A DNA stretch of 64,000 nt from Tubulanus polymorphus (lineage: Eukaryota; Animalia; Nemertea): contig NC_134026.1 in assembly GCF_964204645.1 (NCBI RefSeq), positions 25,020,150-25,084,149 of the forward strand. Direction: 5' to 3'. The notes under the pieces are model-generated. The model made no database searches. It saw nothing but the letters and a program-made list of their open reading frames with translations, and was not told the origin of the DNA. This document shows, in pieces, positions 57,359 to 64,000 of this stretch. A program made the position numbers and the translations under genes. Position 1 is the first letter of the stretch. Each line of letters opens with the position of its first letter.

Positions 57359-57509
57359 GGAACGGCTTTAGCTTAGCGAGTTCGAATCCCTTGACGGGTG
57401 AAGATGGCTTTGACAGTCTCGATGTCATCCGTCAGGTTCGAATCACTGCCGAGGGAGGTTGTATCTGATAACTCGCTGAAATAATCACACTAAACAATGC
57501 CGTTCTTTT
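57359..57509 (+). ncRNA. Vault-RNA-like Pol III transcript candidate (~150 nt)
   Basis: The 5' end GGAACGGCTTTAGCTTAGCG resembles the vertebrate vault RNA 5' end (GGCTGGCTTTAGCTCAGCGG). It has a perfect A box (TAGCTTAGCGAG, 57369-57380), two GTTCGAATC B-box-like motifs (57380 and 57436), and a terminal stem GAACGGC/GCCGTTC directly followed by TTTT. Confidence 0.5.
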
Positions 57510-57697
57510 GAGTAGATATAACTATGATCTTTATTGTATCCGATTAAGAACCACTCGTCTACAAAACACACGCAATAAACATACAAAACTACTCCCATCT
57601 TATCACAGATTGTCAACTTATTATCCTGAGATTTTTATTCAGGCATTCACGCGCAAATTAAATTGTTCCTTCTATTTGTGATACCAATCACTGTCAG

Positions 57698-59698
57698 CTA
57701 GATACGAAGTACACGTCTTTCCTTCGATGAGTTCCTTTCCGTAAACGCTTCACATATTTCAACAACAGAACAACACTGGCTGGTGTAACCCCAGGAATCC
57801 GACTAGCTGCAGCAATCTACAGATATAAATCATGTTATTGAATTACCACGACTTCCATTTATATTGTGATTGATGAATTGACTGCAATGTAATTGAAATT
57901 CAAATCGACATGAGAACAAAAAGAGATTATGTGTTAACTTACCGTTTGTGGCCTTGCAGCATCCAGTTTAGATCGCACTTCGTTTGATATACTTAAACTA
58001 CAATAGAGAAATTCAAATAAACATTTTTGAAATGGAATAACAAAAATCCTATTATAATTACTACAATGTACCCACCTGTGATAATCAAGGTCCTCTGGTA
58101 GTAAAAGTTTTTCTTCTTTTTTTACTTCTTCAATTTGTTGCATTTGTTCCTTTAGTGAATTATCATACATGGCTGAAATATCACAGAATAAATACTACAT
58201 ATGTCTCCGAAATATTCTACCTTGAGACTCGTCTTTCATGAACAGCTATTTGTACCTTGGATTTTGAGTTTCAGAGCCACTTGGGGGTTTTCAACAATCA
58301 TATTGAAATCATCTGGAACAGCTGCAGCCAACATTTCACATGTCACGTCGTTTGTACCCAACAAATCAAATGCGCTAAAATAAACATGTTCTTTTTAGGA
58401 AGATTTCAGGAATGAATAGATGCAGGCAGCAGTTGAATTCACAATGGAACATGATCTTTCAATTCATTTGAAATCATTATGAAACAAACGTAAATTACGA
58501 TATTAAGTGATGATTCTGGCTTGGTTTTAGCTTCAGTAATTTTCTCCAGTCTTGCATGGGTCTAGAAATGCCCATCAATCTATGCAAGCAGTCTTCAAAT
58601 ACATCCTTTTGAGCTTTATATTTTCTATATCTGCATTCATTAACACATCCCACATTATACCCTAAAATAGAGAAATAGTCACGAAGTAATTAATTTTGCA
58701 CAGCAACAATCTGAATCGGCCACCTATTCATTTAGATTAGAGCTGTGTACAGTATATAGATGGCAGAGTGGTATATTGTAGCAACCTTATAATTGAATTT
58801 ACCTATTTCTGTTAATCTATCATCCGCATTGTCTGGTCGTAAATGTAGTCGGAATTCGGCTCGACTTGTGAACATTCGGTACGGCTCATTCGTTCCTAAA
58901 GTTGTGAGATCATCGATAAGCACACCCGTATATCCTTCAGATCGACTTACTGTAAGAGCTTCCTTTCCCTGTACTTTACATCCAGCATTTATTCCCGCTA
59001 TGATACCCTATTAGAAAATGTAAAATGTGTGATGACTCGAGCTTTAATCGAAGGATAAAATAGCGAAAATCTATTTGAAGAGCGACAACAGTTCTTTCAT
59101 CAAAGGGATTGGTTTAGAAAGCACTGCTTCGATGTGTGAACCCTGATAACTAAACAAACCTGTGCAGCGGCTTCTTCGTATCCAGTTGTGCCATTAATCT
59201 GACCAGCAAAGAACAGATTGTTGATCTTCTTTGTCTCTAAACTAGTTTTCACCTGGCGTGGATCTATATAATCATACTCGACACCATAACCTGGAGAGTA
59301 CCGGATTACAAAACTGAGACATAGACATACACAATTCTTCTCGGAAATACCTCATATATATTAACGAAGGAGATCTCTATTCTGGTGTGATATGTTCTTA
59401 TTTGGATGTTGAACAGTAGCTATCAAATACCTGGTCTTATCATTTTAGCACTTTCTAATCCTGGTATATAGTTGATAAGTCTTTGCTGAACATCTTCAGG
59501 CAAAGTGCAGCTTATACCATTTGGGTAAACAGTATTGCTCTCAATGCCTAAAAATAACGACATTTTAAAATGATTAAACAATAGATCGATCCCGTGGAAC
59601 ATTATATATTCAATCAGTTTTTACCTTCTGGTTCCAGCCATATTTGATGAGAACGTCCCTCAAATCTCAATATCTTTGACTCTATTGATGGACAATAT
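57698..59698 (-). CDS. MTO1: Mitochondrial tRNA modification protein MTO1 (GidA/MnmG family), 3' half; 5' exons not found in this window
   Basis: Exons encode [122 protein letters not shown] and [13 protein letters not shown]. The stop codon is at 57698-57700. Confidence 0.95.
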
Positions 59699-62600
59699 CT
59701 GAAAAACATAGAAATAACTTTGCATTTACAATGTGGTATGAATGGGAAAAATTAGCATAAATATCCTCAATTTGTCAGGGATGAAAATAGTTCAATCAGT
59801 TACCATAAATGATTTTATGAAAAGTTGAATATCACATACATAAAGAGATTGGAGATGACCTGACAGAAAACCAACAGATAGTGAGCAAATAATTGTACGT
59901 CGGCTTACAAGTTATTCAATACAAGACATACACAGTCATAGTTTGAGGAAAACAGGTAAAATTTTGTTCGGAAGACATCAGATTCCAAATCAACAGCCAA
60001 AATGCAGTGATTGATTCTTTTGGTGAAAATTGACATGGAAGTATGAATAGGTCACTGTTTCCTCTGAAAATCAATTCACTGATACTCTTGCTGCTACCAT
60101 GAGAATACTAAAAGGCAATAAGCAAATTGAAAAATTCTTGATATCTCATGACATTTACGTCAAACATGATTCAATGTAGAAATTTCAGCTTTTGGTCTGC
60201 AGTAAAGCTAGTCTTGATACACGGTACATTTTTCCAGTGACCAGTTCCACTGACTACACTATTAGCATTCTGAACTGTTTTATTGTGACAATATAATGAG
60301 GCTATTCAAAATTTCTTCAGTAGCTTGAGGGCAATTTTGATCTATTATATCCCAGTGAAATGTAGTACATGTAGTAGCTTGGCCAAAAACCTCATAAATG
60401 AACTACAAAATGCTCTATTAGAGACTGGCAATGGCATCATTTATTCCTACCATGTCAGTGATTTATTCAATGGACCAATTTGAGAAAACCCACAGAAGCT
60501 AATGTTGTAAATCTTTAATATGACGTAGATCTGTCTATTTGCAAGTATTCACCTGAGGCAACTTAAGCAGTAGCTTGGGACATGCAAATCCAGAACAAAT
60601 ACAAATTGTCTTTTTTGCCAGACAAGATATACATTACATAAGTTCTCGAGATGTATAAATACAATCCCTTGGTAATACAGATTTATCCAATAAACCGCAC
60701 AAAAAAGGAGGACCATATAGCTGATGCAATAAATAGAGCCAAAACAAGAAAGAATATGCATATCCAACGATGTTTATGCTGGTGACAACCCTTTATAAAA
60801 TATAATATGAGTACATAAATTCCATACAGACACCAAGTTATGATCAATAAGGTCAAAACTGTCGATGCAATGCACCAAACAAACACTTGTCAATCACGGA
60901 AATGTTTTGATCAATATTTTCATTCATCACTGATTGTAGCCGGGAAGATATCTTTTTAGCCAGCAATAGACTGAAGTACCAGTTTTCTATCTGTGATACA
61001 CATCAGAGATGAAAATATTCCAAGCAATTCAGGACGTTGTGAATGTAATTGAATAAGAGATGGGAAGCCAATGGCTGACAAGCCGAGATCCATAGTGGAT
61101 ATGTCGGATCAGATAAAAGCAAGACAAGAATACCAATGTTGAAGATAGAACACAATTGAATGCTCTTATTAGTGTTGAAATCTAAATTGAGTTCCTTGTA
61201 TATGATGACCATGAACTCGTCCATGAAAACATCATAGATAAGTAGCCTTGGAACTGTGTACAGAATCAAAGAACAACGTTGGATACAGTTTTAACATCAC
61301 CGCTGTCGCTGAAGTTGAACTTTATATAACATTCGTGGAATTAAAGAGATCTTTCAAAGACATTGATTGTCAACAGTATTTCCTGATTACAGTTGCGGGG
61401 AAGCTCAACTTACTCATTGTAATCACGACGATAGGAACGAAACATGACACTGGTTTGGTCTGGTTCCGACAAGAATTTGATTAGCAAAGGGTGAAACCAT
61501 ATGCCAGTCATACCTACCAATAATATAAAGTTCATCACCTTTCTATGAAGTATATGAAAGTCCTATGACTACAATTAAGAAATTGTATAATCATATATTC
61601 CTCTTTTCTTCAGTCACACTGACAATAAGGGTTTTACTATCCATTACAGACCATTAGTATTTATCATAGCTCACCAGAGAATGATAGGACTTTTTGCGAT
61701 TGGGCTCAATTAATCACTGCCGTCAATGGATCAGAACACGTATAGGCACTTAGCTTAATCTCAATTCTGAATACCTAGCCAATCAGCTCAACCGGATAAT
61801 CAGACTCCGCTAAACTGCAAACTCTGCTTTAAAGATTACAAGAATGTTTCACGAGAGATTGATTAAACCCCAAACACCTCTCCAGAACTGACACCAGCAA
61901 TGGCAAATATATTTACATGGCAACATATTACCAGAGCTAATGACATAGCTTTCTACAAATTTTGCTGTGGGGAATGCAGAGATACACACATATATTCAGG
62001 GACTGACAGTAATCTATTCGTCAAAATTGACAAGAGGTGCAGCAGTGAATAGTACTGTACCTATTTCTGCCGACGAGTCTCCGAGCAGACATACTGTTGA
62101 TCAGGGCAATTATGGACACATGTAGTACATGCTCTTATCAAAGTGTCCAATAATGAAAGGTGTCTTCAAGTCACTAGATTAATGATCGATGAATTCAATT
62201 TCCAGGCATAATAGATTTACGGATACTTTGTGAGAACAATTCTCAAGTTGTGTCATCATAGATACGAAAGATTTTCATATCGACAAAGCAACGGTATAAT
62301 GATACCGAACTAGATCCAGAGAGTAGCGGTAAACATGGTGATCTCAAAAAAATCAGGCGATAACCATTTCATGATGGAATCACTGAGCCTTCTAGTCTAG
62401 CTTCATCTTTGCTTCATTTACAGTTGTTAATATTTCATCAGTTGATTTATAGCAAGCACGGAGAGCGCAGATATCCTTCCACTAATGGTTTCCGTTCACT
62501 AGCTTTTTGAGAAGTCATGGCCACATTTGACATTTCTACCAATTATTTGCCATTGAAAAAAATTGATAATCGATATCAATTGTTCAATCATCTCCATCTT

Positions 62601-64000
62601 GTTACATGCCACCAGTTGTTCATTACCAACATAATCATGATCCAATAACTTCAATGGTCACTTTTTAAAGATACAAATGCATACCAGAACATATGCTAAT
62701 TACCTAAACATGTTGATTTACCAGAAATATGTCATTTCTAACTACCACACTAGATAATTCATTTATGCGTAATCATTCATTCTTATAAATCAAAGGCTTT
62801 TTTATATTCTGGAAATGGTAGGCCAAGCATTTTATTCATGATGACCTTGCAGTCCTGAATAGCCCTACTGTGGCCATAAAACCTAAACCAGACAGAACTA
62901 AGTAGTCCATTACTGCATGCCTAGGTGATTAGATGCACCATATTGCCACAGTGGTATCACCTAAAGGGCATTTTGTCCAGGATACTGATAATAAATACGT
63001 TGTACAAAAGTCATCAAATAAATGAAACTGTCATCATAGTAGTGTAGTAAGCCACTGACTGAGAATATCTATTTAAAGCAAGTGTCTCCAAAGTGCATGT
63101 GAAATTAAGGTTTTATTAACAAGCCATTATTGACGCAGTTCATTATTAAGAGTTATCATAGATGAGAGCATTCATTTATGGAATCTCGCTACAGTTCATC
63201 TGAACATATTCTAACACTGAAAAATCAAATAAGCAGAACTATTATTAACAAATTCATAAAATTGTTCGATGATGGACTGGATCAGAAAAATTGGTTCGCA
63301 CTAAAAGGAATATGTAAGTGCATTACACGGTGTGCTCAGATACGCCAAGATGTCCTAAAAAATCAAAAGCCCATTACCAGACAGAATTATTAAGCTTTTC
63401 TTAAGTAAAAACCTATGATTATATGCATCTGCTACAAAGCGGAAACATCGTTCAGTAAGCTGTAAGCTAATTATATGAAAACATGGATGCTATATGAAAA
63501 AACAAGCATAAACGAGACATAAGATTGTGTTACCACACATGGTCCAAAATCTTCATATCTTAACCCCTTCTAACTTAAAACTCAGTCAAACCAAGAAGGA
63601 TGTTGTGAAATACGTCTGAAAGAAATGAGGCTATTTGAGAAGTTACCCAGAGATCTTACTAGCAATGCAGCACTCGTGTTTAGAATTTTTTTTCAAACTA
63701 TTACTAATGTTCCAGTAAATGCAAAATTTTTTATGGTAAAAGCGCCTAGTTTAACTGTGATCACTATTGTAAGCAAAGCCATTTCATACTGTCACATTCC
63801 ATAGAACATTTTTGGCCCTTAATTGGAATTCGACTCTGCATGAGGGTGATGGAAATCTTTTAATTATCCATGCCAATGAGCAACGGTGGAATGGTGGAAC
63901 TGTGACTCCGCTATTGGAGAATGATAGATCAGTCCCCATAGGATTTTGTAGCTTTGTCGGAGTACTGAACTTTATGTCGTCAATATGCGATGGAGTGGAA

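Noticed and set aside
57365-57450. tRNA gene (A box plus GTTCGAATC)
   Set aside because: No acceptor stem, anticodon arm or 5-bp T stem can be built; the pairing is rod-like.
57460-57485. Hammerhead ribozyme core (CTGATAA...GAAA)
   Set aside because: It deviates from CTGANGA and lacks stems II and III.
57135-57510. Telomerase RNA (H-box/ACA-like 3' end; GCTAAGCTAA repeat on the minus strand)
   Set aside because: There is no CTAACCCTAA-type template on either strand, and no recognisable P6.1 or CAB box. The repeat is simply the reverse complement of the A-box region.
60570-60790. Gypsy RNase H-like phrase (EDHIADAINR) on the + strand
   Set aside because: The match is very short, interrupted by stops, and has no RT or integrase motifs nearby.

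Overview
AT-rich, intron-dense eukaryotic DNA from an invertebrate animal. Most introns are 60-120 nt; gene content is lophotrochozoan-like, but the taxon cannot be established from the sequence. Eight protein-coding genes were assembled by hand from splice signals and reading-frame phase: CtBP (+); BORCS7 (-, not resolved by the ORF track); a DUF389 multi-pass membrane protein (+); a receptor-PTP-like FN3 membrane protein with no phosphatase domain (-); a CUB/EGF/SEA-like/Ig adhesion GPCR with a degenerate GPS (+); an orexin/allatotropin-type receptor (+); an uncharacterised ~553-aa protein that joins two separate ORFs (+); and the 3' half of MTO1 (-). Several small MITE-like palindromes are also present. 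The most striking non-coding signal is a GC-rich ~370-bp island at 57135-57509 between two convergent gene ends. Its right half looks like a Pol III vault-RNA-like panhandle (A box, two B-box-like motifs, terminal stem, TTTT). Its left half folds better on the opposite strand. All calls are by eye; no database searches or folding programs were run.
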